A DNA stretch of 64,000 bases from Patescibacteria group bacterium (lineage in GTDB: Bacteria; Patescibacteriota; Patescibacteriia; Patescibacteriales; JBAZCA01): assembly GCA_041671125.1 (NCBI GenBank), contig JBAZCA010000002.1:137529-201528 (forward strand), in the 5' to 3' direction. Shown piece after piece: positions 17,419 through 26,142 of this stretch. Positions within the stretch are counted from its first letter, which is position 1. Each line of letters starts with the position of its first letter. Both the position numbers and the translations under genes were made by a program. The notes under the pieces are model-generated. The model was not told the DNA's origin and did no database searches. It worked only from the letters and a program-made list of their open reading frames with translations.

Positions 17419-18900
17419 ATGCCTGAAAAAATAAGCGAACGAAGCGACCGGATTAAAAAACTGGAAGAACTGCGAAAAATCGGAGTTAATCCTTACCCTT
17501 CGCGGGTTAAACGCACGCATGCCGTAAAAGAAGTTTTTGACGGATTTAAAGAACTGGCGAAAAACGAGACCGAGATCGCCCTAACCGGGCGCCTCCGGGC
17601 CATCCGCTCGCACGGCAACCTCACTTTCGCGCATCTGGAGGACGGTAGCGGAAAAATCCAGATCGCCCTCTCAAAAAAAGATACCGGACCGGAAAGCTAC
17701 AAAAATTTTATCAAACTTATTGATATCGGCGACTTTATTTCGGTCGTTGGGACGGCTTTCGTTACCCATAAAGGCGAAAAATCGCTCATGGCCGCGGAAT
17801 GGAATATAATTTCAAAGGCGCTCCGGCCTTTGCCCGATAAATATGCCGGCTTTAAGGATGAAGAGGAACGCTTCCGCAAAAGATACATGGATATCCTTTT
17901 TAACCCTGAAACACGCGACATGGTGGAAAAACGGGCGAGGTTCTGGCAGGCAGTAAGGGCTTTTTTTATTGAACGCGGCTTTCTTGAAGTTGAAACCCCG
18001 GTTTTAGAAACGACGACCGGCGGCGCCGACGCCCGGCCGTTTATAACGCATCATAACGCTTTGGACATGGACGTATACTTAAGAATTTCCATGGGCGAAC
18101 TTTGGCAGAAACGCCTCTTAGTCGCCGGCTTTGAAAAAACTTTTGAAATCGGCCGCCAATTTCGCAACGAAGGCATGGACGCCGAACACCTGCAGGATTA
18201 TACCCAGATGGAATTTTACCAGGCTTACGCCGATTACGAAGCCGGCATGGAAACTGTTGAAGAACTTATTAAATTTACAGCCGATAAAACTTTCGGGGCG
18301 CTTAAATTTAAAATCAACGGTTTTGAAATTGACCTCGGAAAAAAATGGGAACGCTACGATTATCGCGAGACCATCTTAAAGTTTACCGGCGTTGACGTCC
18401 TTTCAGCGGATATGGAAACGATTGAAAAAAAGTTAAAAGAGCTCAAAGTCAAATACGATAAAAAAGGCTTTAATATCACCCGGGCCATAGACAACCTTTG
18501 GAAATACTGCCGGAAAAAAATCGCCGGCCCCGGCTTTCTCATTAACCTGCCGATAACCGTGAGCCCGCTGGCGAAAAAATCGGAAAATGACTCCCGGACT
18601 GTTGAGCGGTTCCAGGTTTTAATCGCCGGCTCTGAACTCGGCAACGGCTATTCGGAATTAAACGACCCGTTGGATCAGTCGCAAAGATTTTGCGAGCAGG
18701 CAAAGCTTAGGGCTGCCGGAGACGAAGAAGCGCAGATGTACGACGAGGATTTTGTTGAAGCTTTAGAATACGGCATGCCCCCGGCCTGCGGGTTCGGCAT
18801 GTCCGAGCGGGTATTCGCGTTTTTAATGGATAAATCCATGCGCGAAACCCAAATTTTCCCCTTAATGAAACCAAAAATCATCCCCACGGCGGAAAAATAA
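17419..18900 (+). CDS. lysS: Lysine--tRNA ligase (class II)
   Basis: Full-length LysRS pattern: OB-fold N-domain, FRKRYMDILFNPETRD, FLEVETPVL, FRNEG, C-terminal GFGMSERV. Confidence 0.95.
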   Translation: MPEKISERSDRIKKLEELRKIGVNPYPSRVKRTHAVKEVFDGFKELAKNETEIALTGRLRAIRSHGNLTFAHLEDGSGKIQIALSKKDTGPESYKNFIKLIDIGDFISVVGTAFVTHKGEKSLMAAEWNIISKALRPLPDKYAGFKDEEERFRKRYMDILFNPETRDMVEKRARFWQAVRAFFIERGFLEVETPVLETTTGGADARPFITHHNALDMDVYLRISMGELWQKRLLVAGFEKTFEIGRQFRNEGMDAEHLQDYTQMEFYQAYADYEAGMETVEELIKFTADKTFGALKFKINGFEIDLGKKWERYDYRETILKFTGVDVLSADMETIEKKLKELKVKYDKKGFNITRAIDNLWKYCRKKIAGPGFLINLPITVSPLAKKSENDSRTVERFQVLIAGSELGNGYSELNDPLDQSQRFCEQAKLRAAGDEEAQMYDEDFVEALEYGMPPACGFGMSERVFAFLMDKSMRETQIFPLMKPKIIPTAEK

Positions 18901-19010
18901 ACTTACAAATCCACGAATCTTTTTACCAGCCTCGCCTAGCGCGGGTCTAGGCGGGCAAACACACAAATATAAAGCTAATACGCGAATGGACGCGAATAAC
19001 ATTTACATTT

Positions 19011-19161
19011 GTCATCCTGAGCGAAGTGAAACGAAGCGAAGGATCTACAAATGTGATAAATAATTTAAAGGTTATTTTAGAGGCAAAATTATTTCTTAGA
19101 TTGTTTCCTTGCCTGATTATCGCAGCCGCAGATCCTTCCTCCCTTCGGTCGTCAGGATGAC
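19011..19161. repeat. Inverted-repeat element, long form (151 bp)
   Basis: GTCATCCTGAGCGAAGTGAAACGAAGCGAAGGATC + 85-nt AT-rich core + GATCCTTCCTCCCTTCGGTCGTCAGGATGAC. Confidence 0.85.
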
Positions 19162-19169
19162 AAAAAAAT

Positions 19170-19763
19170 ATGGATATTTTAAAATTAGGGATAGACTATA
19201 GCAAGGCTCTAAGCCTTGTTGACGAACATATTACTGATAAAATCACCAGGCTTCACCTTATTGAATCCGAAGCGATTATGCGCGCCCTGGCTCGGAATTT
19301 TAAGGAAGACGAAGAGAAATGGGGTATTGTCGGGCTTTTGCATGACATTGACTGGGATTTAACGAAAAATAATACCAAAGAGCATTGCGTTAAATGTGTT
19401 CAGATTTTAAAAGACGCCGGAGCGACTGATTTTTTAATTGACACAATCGTCTCACACGGCTGGGGCATTGAAGCTTGCGGCGCGGGCATGGATAAAACGC
19501 GATCCACTAAGCTTGAGCATTGCTTAGTAGCGGCCGAAACCCTAACCGGACTAATAATCGCCACCGCTTTAATGCAGCCGGACAAAAAATTAGCCAGCGT
19601 CAGGCCCGAATCCTTAAGAAAAAAATTTAAGACTAAAGGCTTTGCCGCGAAATGCAACCGCGAGCTTATCATGGAATGCGAAAAATGCGGGCTGACTTTG
19701 GATGAATTTCTTAATTTAGGCTTAAAAGCTTTGCAGGATATTTCTGATAAACTAGGATTATAA
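19170..19763 (+). CDS. HD-domain phosphohydrolase (COG2316-like)
   Basis: HLIESEAIMRALAR...WGIVGLLHDIDW...SHGWG matches the HD-superfamily pattern. Confidence 0.7.
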   Translation: MDILKLGIDYSKALSLVDEHITDKITRLHLIESEAIMRALARNFKEDEEKWGIVGLLHDIDWDLTKNNTKEHCVKCVQILKDAGATDFLIDTIVSHGWGIEACGAGMDKTRSTKLEHCLVAAETLTGLIIATALMQPDKKLASVRPESLRKKFKTKGFAAKCNRELIMECEKCGLTLDEFLNLGLKALQDISDKLGL

Positions 19764-19816
19764 TTTATAATAAAGCTCAATGCTGACTTATTTTTCCGCA
19801 TTGCGTTAACAAATTT

Positions 19817-20164
19817 ATGCGAAGCGCCGATCTCCGCGAGTCTGCGCGGATAGAAAAAGCTGATCCGCCGATCACCTTTAATAGCCTTGAGGAATTGGCT
19901 GTATTTTTACAGGAGAATATAAACGATATAAGCATGGCTTTGACGATTGAAGAAATTGAAAAATACAATAAATCCAAAGGCGAAAAAGAGTATCCAAGAT
20001 TTCCTGCCGGAAATAGTTTTCCGTACTTAACGACAAACGATTATCGGATTTTTACTATTCAGGATACCGGTCATGACTCATATACTGTTGAGTTTTACGA
20101 CCATAACGAGGGAAATGCTATGGAAGATGAATGGCTAAAAGAAACTGGACAATTGCAAGAATAA
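19817..20164 (+). CDS. Hypothetical protein
   Basis: Intact ORF abutting the next gene. No recognisable motifs. The true start may be internal. Confidence 0.4.
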   Translation: MRSADLRESARIEKADPPITFNSLEELAVFLQENINDISMALTIEEIEKYNKSKGEKEYPRFPAGNSFPYLTTNDYRIFTIQDTGHDSYTVEFYDHNEGNAMEDEWLKETGQLQE

Positions 20165-20165
20165 T

Positions 20166-20780
20166 ATGTCCAAACAAAAAAAACTGGTGATTTTCCTGGT
20201 GACATTTTTTCTTCTGCTCGCCTGGTCAGCCATAAAACCGCATGATTATCTTACCTGGGCGCTTGAAGTTTTTCCGGCGGTTATCGGGGTGGCGATTTTA
20301 TTGTTGACTTACAAAAAATTCCAGTTCACGACTTTTATTTATTTTCTGATTCTTTTGCATACGATTATTCTTGTGGTCGGCGGCCATTACACCTACGCGC
20401 TCAATCCGCTCTTTGAATATATTAAAGAAATTTTTAACCTGAGCCGGAACCATTATGACCGGCTCGGACATTTTGCCCAGGGATTTCTGCCGGCTCTGAT
20501 CGTGAGAGAAATATTAATCCGCAAATCCCCGCTAAAGGGCGGCGGCTGGCTCTCTTTCACTATTATTTCATTCTGTCTGGCGGTCAGCGCGGTTTATGAA
20601 CTTATAGAATGGGCTGGAGCGATTATCTTCGGCAGCGGGGCGGACGCCTTTTTAGGAACCCAGGGAGATATTTTTGACACCCAAAAAGACATGCTCATGG
20701 CGTTAATCGGCGCGACGCTCGCCTTATTGTTTTTTAGCCGTATGCATGATAAAAAGCTTAAAGCTGAAGGAATGGTTTAA
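20166..20780 (+). CDS. DUF2238 (YjdF-like) inner-membrane protein
   Basis: Multi-TM. The WALEVFP...GGHYTYA..P...NHYDRLGHFAQGF pattern is typical of DUF2238. Confidence 0.7.
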   Translation: MSKQKKLVIFLVTFFLLLAWSAIKPHDYLTWALEVFPAVIGVAILLLTYKKFQFTTFIYFLILLHTIILVVGGHYTYALNPLFEYIKEIFNLSRNHYDRLGHFAQGFLPALIVREILIRKSPLKGGGWLSFTIISFCLAVSAVYELIEWAGAIIFGSGADAFLGTQGDIFDTQKDMLMALIGATLALLFFSRMHDKKLKAEGMV

Positions 20781-20782
20781 TT

Positions 20783-21379
20783 ATGACAATAAAACGCCCG
20801 ATACCTAAATTAATAACGCCAAAAAACGCCAAAAAAGTCTTTAAGGGGGAAATTTTTGATGTTTACCAGTGGAAGCAGAAAATGTACGACGGGAGTTTCG
20901 CGACTTTTGAAAAATTAAAGCGAGCTGATACGGTGCAGGTTATTCCGGTCAGGGAGGATGGAAAAATAATCCTTTTAAAACAATCCCAGCCCGGATTTAG
21001 AAAGCCTTGCTGGAGCGTGGCCGGCGGAAGAATTGACGGGAATGAAACGCCTTTAGCCGCGGCAAAAAGGGAACTTTTGGAAGAAACCGGATACAAGGCG
21101 GAAAAAATGGAGCTTTGGTTCAGCGTCCAGCCGAACGCGAAAATTGATTACGCGGTTTACGGTTTTATTGCCAAAGGCTGTAAAAATGTTTCCGCCCAAA
21201 ATCTTGACCCTGGAGAAAAAATATCCTTAGAACCGGTGAGCTTTGAGGAATTTTTAAGAATTACTTTTGAGGAAGGATTTTACGACCCCCAAATCGCCAT
21301 GATGATTTTAAGAGAAAGCGAAAACTGGAAAGCATGTTTTAAAAATTTAAAATTGATAAAAAAAAGATTTTTAGGCTAG
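20783..21379 (+). CDS. NUDIX hydrolase (ADP-ribose pyrophosphatase-like)
   Basis: Nudix box GGRIDGNETPLAAAKRELLEETGY. Confidence 0.85.
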   Translation: MTIKRPIPKLITPKNAKKVFKGEIFDVYQWKQKMYDGSFATFEKLKRADTVQVIPVREDGKIILLKQSQPGFRKPCWSVAGGRIDGNETPLAAAKRELLEETGYKAEKMELWFSVQPNAKIDYAVYGFIAKGCKNVSAQNLDPGEKISLEPVSFEEFLRITFEEGFYDPQIAMMILRESENWKACFKNLKLIKKRFLG

Positions 21380-21449
21380 CGGAGACACTTACACCTTTTA
21401 TAAAAATTTAGCTAATATTTAAAATTAATCAACTTAAACATCTTGATAT

Positions 21450-21537
21450 ACCTACGAATCAACAAATCAACAACGAATACACAAATATTGCATTTTTGTG
21501 TATTTGTATATTCGTAGTGAATTAGTTGATTCGTGGG
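21450..21537 (+). repeat. Imperfect palindrome of ACGAAT/ACAAAT words upstream of eno
   Basis: CCTACGAATCAACAAATCAACAACGAATACACAAATA versus TATTTGTATATTCGTAGTGAATTAGTTGATTCGTGGG. Confidence 0.6.
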
Positions 21538-21545
21538 TTAATTAT

Positions 21546-22826
21546 ATGAAAATCAAAAACATAACTGCCATGGAAATTTTAGACAGCCGGGGCAATCCGA
21601 CGGTCTTAGCGACGGTTTTTTTAGAAAACGGCATTACTGGAACGGCCGCGGTTCCTTCGGGCGCTTCTACCGGTACTTATGAAGCCGTTGAATTAAGGGA
21701 CAAAGACAAAGCGCGGTTCGGCGGAAAAGGCGTCTTAACCGCTGTTCACAATATTGAGACAGTAATAAAAGACGCTTTACTCGGAATGGACGCGGGCGAC
21801 CAGAATGCCATAGACAGGAAAATGATTGAATTGGACGGGACGCCGAATAAATCCCGGCTGGGAGCGAACGCGATTTTAGCCGTGTCTCTTTCAACGTCCC
21901 GGGCCGCCGCTCAATCGGAAAATAAACCGCTCTATGAATATTTAACAAAATTCAATCCTAATTTTAACGGCGTTTACCAGATGCCGGTGCCGATGATGAA
22001 TATCATGAACGGCGGAAAGCACGCTGACTGGGCGACTGACATCCAGGAATTCATGATCATGCCAATCGGAGCGAAAACAATCGCCGATGCCGTTCGGATG
22101 GGCGCCGAAGTTTATGGGAACCTGAAAAAAGTTTTAAAAGGAAAAAAAATGAATATCAATGTCGGGGATGAAGGCGGATTCGCCCCGGCGGTGAATTCTA
22201 ATGAAGAGCCTTTCCAGCTTATTACTGAAGCCGTTTCAGCCGCCGGTTATAACCTTGGCGCGGACATAGTTTTTGCCATTGACCCGGCTTCGTCGGAATT
22301 TTTCAAAGACGGGGCATATCAGCTGAACAAAGAAGGGAAAACTTTAAATAGCGGGGAACTGGCTGAATTTTATCTTAACCTGGCGAAAAAGTATCCGATT
22401 AAATCCATGGAAGACCATTTTTCCGAAGACGATTGGGACGGCTTTCGCGCTTTTATGGAAAAAACAGAAGGAAAATTTCAGGTGGTCGGCGACGACTTGT
22501 ACGTAACAAACATAGAGCGGCTGAAGCGGGGGATTGAGGAAAAAACCACCAATTCCATTTTAATCAAAGTCAACCAGATCGGGACGCTATCCGAAGCCAT
22601 TGACGCTATTCTCATGGCTCGCCGGGCTAATATGACCGCGGTTATTTCGCACCGCTCAGCCGAAACCGAGGATGCCTTTATCGCCGATTTGGCCGTTGCC
22701 ATGGGCACCGGACAGATTAAAACCGGCGCTCCGGCGAGATCAGAACGAACCGCTAAATACAACCGGCTCATTGCCATTGAAAAAGAACTCGGCGAAAAAG
22801 CAATTTACGCGAAATTTCCGTTTTAG
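21546..22826 (+). CDS. eno: Enolase
   Basis: [19 protein letters not shown]...[17 protein letters not shown]. The ORF-track N-terminal extension (21498) runs through the hairpin repeat and is discarded. Confidence 0.95.
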   Translation: MKIKNITAMEILDSRGNPTVLATVFLENGITGTAAVPSGASTGTYEAVELRDKDKARFGGKGVLTAVHNIETVIKDALLGMDAGDQNAIDRKMIELDGTPNKSRLGANAILAVSLSTSRAAAQSENKPLYEYLTKFNPNFNGVYQMPVPMMNIMNGGKHADWATDIQEFMIMPIGAKTIADAVRMGAEVYGNLKKVLKGKKMNINVGDEGGFAPAVNSNEEPFQLITEAVSAAGYNLGADIVFAIDPASSEFFKDGAYQLNKEGKTLNSGELAEFYLNLAKKYPIKSMEDHFSEDDWDGFRAFMEKTEGKFQVVGDDLYVTNIERLKRGIEEKTTNSILIKVNQIGTLSEAIDAILMARRANMTAVISHRSAETEDAFIADLAVAMGTGQIKTGAPARSERTAKYNRLIAIEKELGEKAIYAKFPF

Positions 22827-22833
22827 CCACACC

Positions 22834-23264
22834 GTCATCCTGAGGCCGATTAGGCCGAAGGATCCCGTGAATATATAGAAATATGCGAAATACAAAATAT
22901 GGCTACGTATATATCAACACTAATAAGCGACATACTGTTCTTTATACGGGAGTTACCTCAAGATTATTCGGAAGATCTGGCGAGCATAAAGAAAAACTTA
23001 ACAAAAGCAGTTTCACATCCAAATACAATGTGGACAAGTTAGTATATTATGAGCATTATGAAAGCATCACCGACGCAATCGCGAGAGAAAAACAGATTAA
23101 GGGATATCTGCGGAAGAAAAAAATTGTATTAATTAATAGTCTAAATCCTGAGTGGAAAGATTTAAGCCTGGATTACTAATTATTATTCTGAATAAAGTAA
23201 AAGTAGTGAAAAATTCCACATTATTAGCTACTAACACGAGATTCTTCGCTACGCTCAGAATGAC
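22834..23264 (+). mobile_element. ORF-bearing (putatively autonomous) copy of the GTCATCCTGAG...CTCAGAATGAC element, carrying a GIY-YIG nuclease gene
   Basis: The same two arms as the 69-78 bp copies (left ...GAAGGATCCCGTGAATA, right ACACGAGATTCTTCGCTACGCTCAGAATGAC) are separated by an AT-rich 98-codon ORF instead of a short loop. Confidence 0.7.
22883..23179 (+). CDS. Small GIY-YIG nuclease family protein (COG2827/UPF0213-like)
   Basis: YGYVYI...HTVLYTGVTSRL..R..EHK...AIAREKQIKG: GIY/YIG elements, a conserved Arg and a distal Glu. Confidence 0.85.
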   Translation: MRNTKYGYVYINTNKRHTVLYTGVTSRLFGRSGEHKEKLNKSSFTSKYNVDKLVYYEHYESITDAIAREKQIKGYLRKKKIVLINSLNPEWKDLSLDY

Positions 23265-23273
23265 GTTGAAAAA

Positions 23274-24788
23274 ATGAAAAAAAAAGTTCTCCTAATCATC
23301 TGCGACGGCATGGGCTATAGGGAAGAAAAAGAGCATAACGCCATCGCCCAAGCCGACACTCCCAACCTTGATAAATATTTTAAGGATTATCCTTGGGCGC
23401 TTTTAGGCGCTTCAGGCGAAGATATCGGCTTGCCGGCGGGTCAGATGGGAACGTCGGAAGCGAACCACCTTGTCATGGGTTCCGGCCGGATAGTTTACCA
23501 AAACCTTTTAAAGATCAATAAGCATATTGAATCCGGGGAACTGAAAAATAACCCGGCCATCCGCGAAGCCCTTGACCATGTAAAAAAATATAAAAGCACC
23601 CTGCATATTAAAGGCATGGCTTCGCCCGGCGGAGTGCACGGCCATGTTGATCATGTAAAAGCCATAATTAAAATGGCTAAGGACGCGGGGGTGGAAAAAG
23701 TCCAAATCCATCTTTTTACCGACGGCCGGGATACGCCGCCAAGAAGCGCGGTCGCTTACGTTAAAGATCTTGAAGGTTTTATCAAAGAGCGGGGGATAGG
23801 GAGGATTGCGACTATCGGCGGGCGCTACTTCGGACTGGACCGCGATTCAAATTATGACCGGATTGAAAAACATTTTCTTCTGCTTACTAAGGCGGGCGGC
23901 CTTAAGTTTCCCTCGGCTCTTTCCGCGATTGAGCACGCTTACAAAAATAATTTAGGCGACGAATTTATTGAACCGTCCGTAATTGCGGCTGACGGCGACG
24001 AGGCAACCCTCATCGCCCCGAACGACGCGGTTATTTTTTCTAATTTCCGCTCTGACCGGGCGCGCCAGCTCGCGAGAAAATTTATTGACGCTAAAATTGA
24101 AAATTTAAAATACGTAACCATGACCAGGTTTGACGATGATTACGATAGCCTGGACGTTCGGGTGGCTTTTCCTCCGGAAACCATTAATAACTGCCTTTCA
24201 GAAACCTTAAGCCAAGCCGGCTTAAAACAGCTGAAAATAACCGAAACGGAAAAATACCCGCATCTTACCTTTTTTTTCAACGCCCAGAAATACAAAGCTT
24301 TTTCCGGCGAGGATCGGATCCTTATTGATTCCAATAAAGACGTCGCTTATCACGACGAAAAACCGGAAATGAAAGTTTTTGAAATCGCCGAAAAGCTCGC
24401 GAAAGAGTTAAAAAGCGGGCGATACGATTTTATCGCCGCCAACTTTGTTAACTGCGACATGGTTGGCCATACCGGTAATTTTCCCGCTATTTTAAAAGGT
24501 ATCTCCACCCTGGATAAAGCTATTGGCAAAACCGTGAATGCCGCCAAAGAAGCAGGTTATGAAATAATCATCACCGCCGACCACGGCAATGCCGAGGAAA
24601 CTTTTGACCCGGCAATAAACCAGCCCATCACCTCGCACACCCTGAATCCGGTGCCTTTTATTCTTATTTCGGAAAACCACAAAAAGCTTAAGAAAAAACG
24701 CGCTTTACTCTCCGACGTCGCGCCCACGATTCTTAAAATTATGGACATAAAAAAACCGGATGAGATGACAGGGGAAAGCCTTATTTAA
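23274..24788 (+). CDS. gpmI: 2,3-bisphosphoglycerate-independent phosphoglycerate mutase
   Basis: LIICDGMG...TSEANHLVMGSGR...ITADHGNAE...HTLNPVPF across the full length. Confidence 0.95.
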   Translation: MKKKVLLIICDGMGYREEKEHNAIAQADTPNLDKYFKDYPWALLGASGEDIGLPAGQMGTSEANHLVMGSGRIVYQNLLKINKHIESGELKNNPAIREALDHVKKYKSTLHIKGMASPGGVHGHVDHVKAIIKMAKDAGVEKVQIHLFTDGRDTPPRSAVAYVKDLEGFIKERGIGRIATIGGRYFGLDRDSNYDRIEKHFLLLTKAGGLKFPSALSAIEHAYKNNLGDEFIEPSVIAADGDEATLIAPNDAVIFSNFRSDRARQLARKFIDAKIENLKYVTMTRFDDDYDSLDVRVAFPPETINNCLSETLSQAGLKQLKITETEKYPHLTFFFNAQKYKAFSGEDRILIDSNKDVAYHDEKPEMKVFEIAEKLAKELKSGRYDFIAANFVNCDMVGHTGNFPAILKGISTLDKAIGKTVNAAKEAGYEIIITADHGNAEETFDPAINQPITSHTLNPVPFILISENHKKLKKKRALLSDVAPTILKIMDIKKPDEMTGESLI

Positions 24789-24820
24789 ATAATACTGACC
24801 TGCTATATCATTATCCAACC

Positions 24821-24918
24821 ATTACAAATACACAAATAAAAACACAAATTCACAAATTTTACATTAATGCGTTAAACAAACATTCGTGAATTTGTGATAA
24901 AATTTGTGAATTTGCAAT
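24821..24918 (+). repeat. Imperfect palindrome of CACAAAT words
   Basis: ATTACAAATACACAAATAAAAACACAAATTCACAAAT versus ATTCGTGAATTTGTGATAAAATTTGTGAATTTGCAAT. Confidence 0.6.
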
Positions 24919-24924
24919 AACACT

Positions 24925-25542
24925 ATGGATAATTTATCAAAAATTTTTGACTTCCTGCATTTAATAAGAGATTTAAAAACTACTTACCGCTACGGCGCGC
25001 AGGAGAGGGAAAACGGCATCCATAGAGATTCATCGGCCGACCATTCCTGGCGCGTCGCCATCATGACTTTTATTTTTGCCGAAGAGCTTAAGCTCCCGAT
25101 TGATATTTACAAAGCCGTAAAAATCGCTTTGGTGCATGACCTTGTTGAAGCCATTGCCGGCGATATTGATTACCGGCTGATTTGGCTGAAAAAAGTTTCA
25201 CCCGAGGACAAGTTTAAAAACGAATACGCGGCCATGGAAAAAATCAGGGCGGCCCTGCCCGAGCCGGTCGGAGGCGAAATTTTTGACCTTTGGCTGGAAT
25301 TTGAAAAAGGTCTTACCCCGGAAGGGAAGTATGTAAACGCTCTGGATAAAATGGAAGGTATGACGCATTTGATTGAAGAAGGGCACGCGACCTACGATAT
25401 TCCGGAATCAATTCCGCGCTACGCCGACCAGGCGATCAAAGATTTTCCCCGGCTGAAAAATGCCTATAAGATCATGAAAGAAAGACTGAAAAAAGAATTT
25501 GAAAAAGGCAATCTTCCGTGGAAGGATGAATATGACGAATAA
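24925..25542 (+). CDS. HD-domain 5'-nucleotidase-like protein (YfbR family)
   Basis: LKTTYRYG...DSSADHSWRVAIMTF...ALVHDLVEAIAGDI. Confidence 0.75.
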   Translation: MDNLSKIFDFLHLIRDLKTTYRYGAQERENGIHRDSSADHSWRVAIMTFIFAEELKLPIDIYKAVKIALVHDLVEAIAGDIDYRLIWLKKVSPEDKFKNEYAAMEKIRAALPEPVGGEIFDLWLEFEKGLTPEGKYVNALDKMEGMTHLIEEGHATYDIPESIPRYADQAIKDFPRLKNAYKIMKERLKKEFEKGNLPWKDEYDE

Positions 25543-25556
25543 GCGAACATCCCGGC

Positions 25557-25662
25557 GTCATCCTGAGCGTAATGAAATGAAGCGAAGGATCTCGCGTTTA
25601 CACGGAAAAAGACGAGATCCTTCACTGCGTCCCGAAAAAATCGGGACTCCGTTCAGGATGAC
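25557..25662. repeat. Inverted-repeat element, intermediate form (106 bp)
   Basis: GTCATCCTGAGCGTAATGAAATGAAGCGAAGGATCTCG...CGAGATCCTTCACTGCGTCCCGAAAAAATCGGGACTCCGTTCAGGATGAC. Confidence 0.85.
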
Positions 25663-25669
25663 GAGGGTT

Positions 25670-26095
25670 ATGGTTTTTGGCACTTTTGATATTTTTCATC
25701 CGGGACATAAAAATTTTTTAGAGCAGGCGAAAAAATTCGGACACCATCTTACTGTTATTATCGCGAGAGACCGGACGGTAAAAGAAGTAAAAGGGAAATT
25801 GCCAAAAAATAAGGAAAATGTTAGGCTTAAAAAGGTACAGCTTTCCGGCTTGGCTCTAGAAGTTATTTTAGGCAATCTAAGCGATAAATACGCCGTCATT
25901 AGGAAACATAAACCCGACGTAATCGCCTTGGGGTATGACCAAAGGAATTTTACGCGAGATTTAGCGAAAACTTTTCCAAAAGTAAAAATCGTCAAGCTAA
26001 AAGCCTTTAAACCGGAGGTCTATAAGTCGTCATTGATAAATCAACGCCATAAAACTAATCGTCATCCTGAGCGGAGCGAAGGATCCCGCATCTAA
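25670..26095 (+). CDS. Cytidylyltransferase-like nucleotidyltransferase (RibL/FAD-synthase-like)
   Basis: MVFGTFDIFHPGHKNFLEQAKKFG..LTVIIARD...PDVIALGYDQ. Upstream ORF-track residues are a translation of the repeat element. The last ~11 codons and the stop lie inside the next repeat copy. Confidence 0.7.
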   Translation: MVFGTFDIFHPGHKNFLEQAKKFGHHLTVIIARDRTVKEVKGKLPKNKENVRLKKVQLSGLALEVILGNLSDKYAVIRKHKPDVIALGYDQRNFTRDLAKTFPKVKIVKLKAFKPEVYKSSLINQRHKTNRHPERSEGSRI

Positions 26096-26129
26096 CACGA
26101 GATTCTTCGGCTTTCGGCCTCAGAATGAC
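26061..26129. repeat. Miniature inverted-repeat element, short form (69 bp)
   Basis: GTCATCCTGAGCGGAGCGAAGGATCCCGCATCTAACACGAGATTCTTCGGCTTTCGGCCTCAGAATGAC. Confidence 0.85.
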
Positions 26130-26142
26130 GTATTAAGAAAAT

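Noticed and set aside
21498-21545. 16-codon N-terminal extension of enolase
   Set aside because: It runs through the right arm of the 21450 word-palindrome. Enolase homology starts at [19 protein letters not shown].
25499-25669. N-terminal 57-codon extension of the RibL-like ORF (RRHPERNEMKRRIS...)
   Set aside because: It is encoded by the repeat copy at 25557-25662 and overlaps the end of the upstream HD gene. The conserved nucleotidyltransferase N-terminus starts at MVFGTFD (25670).
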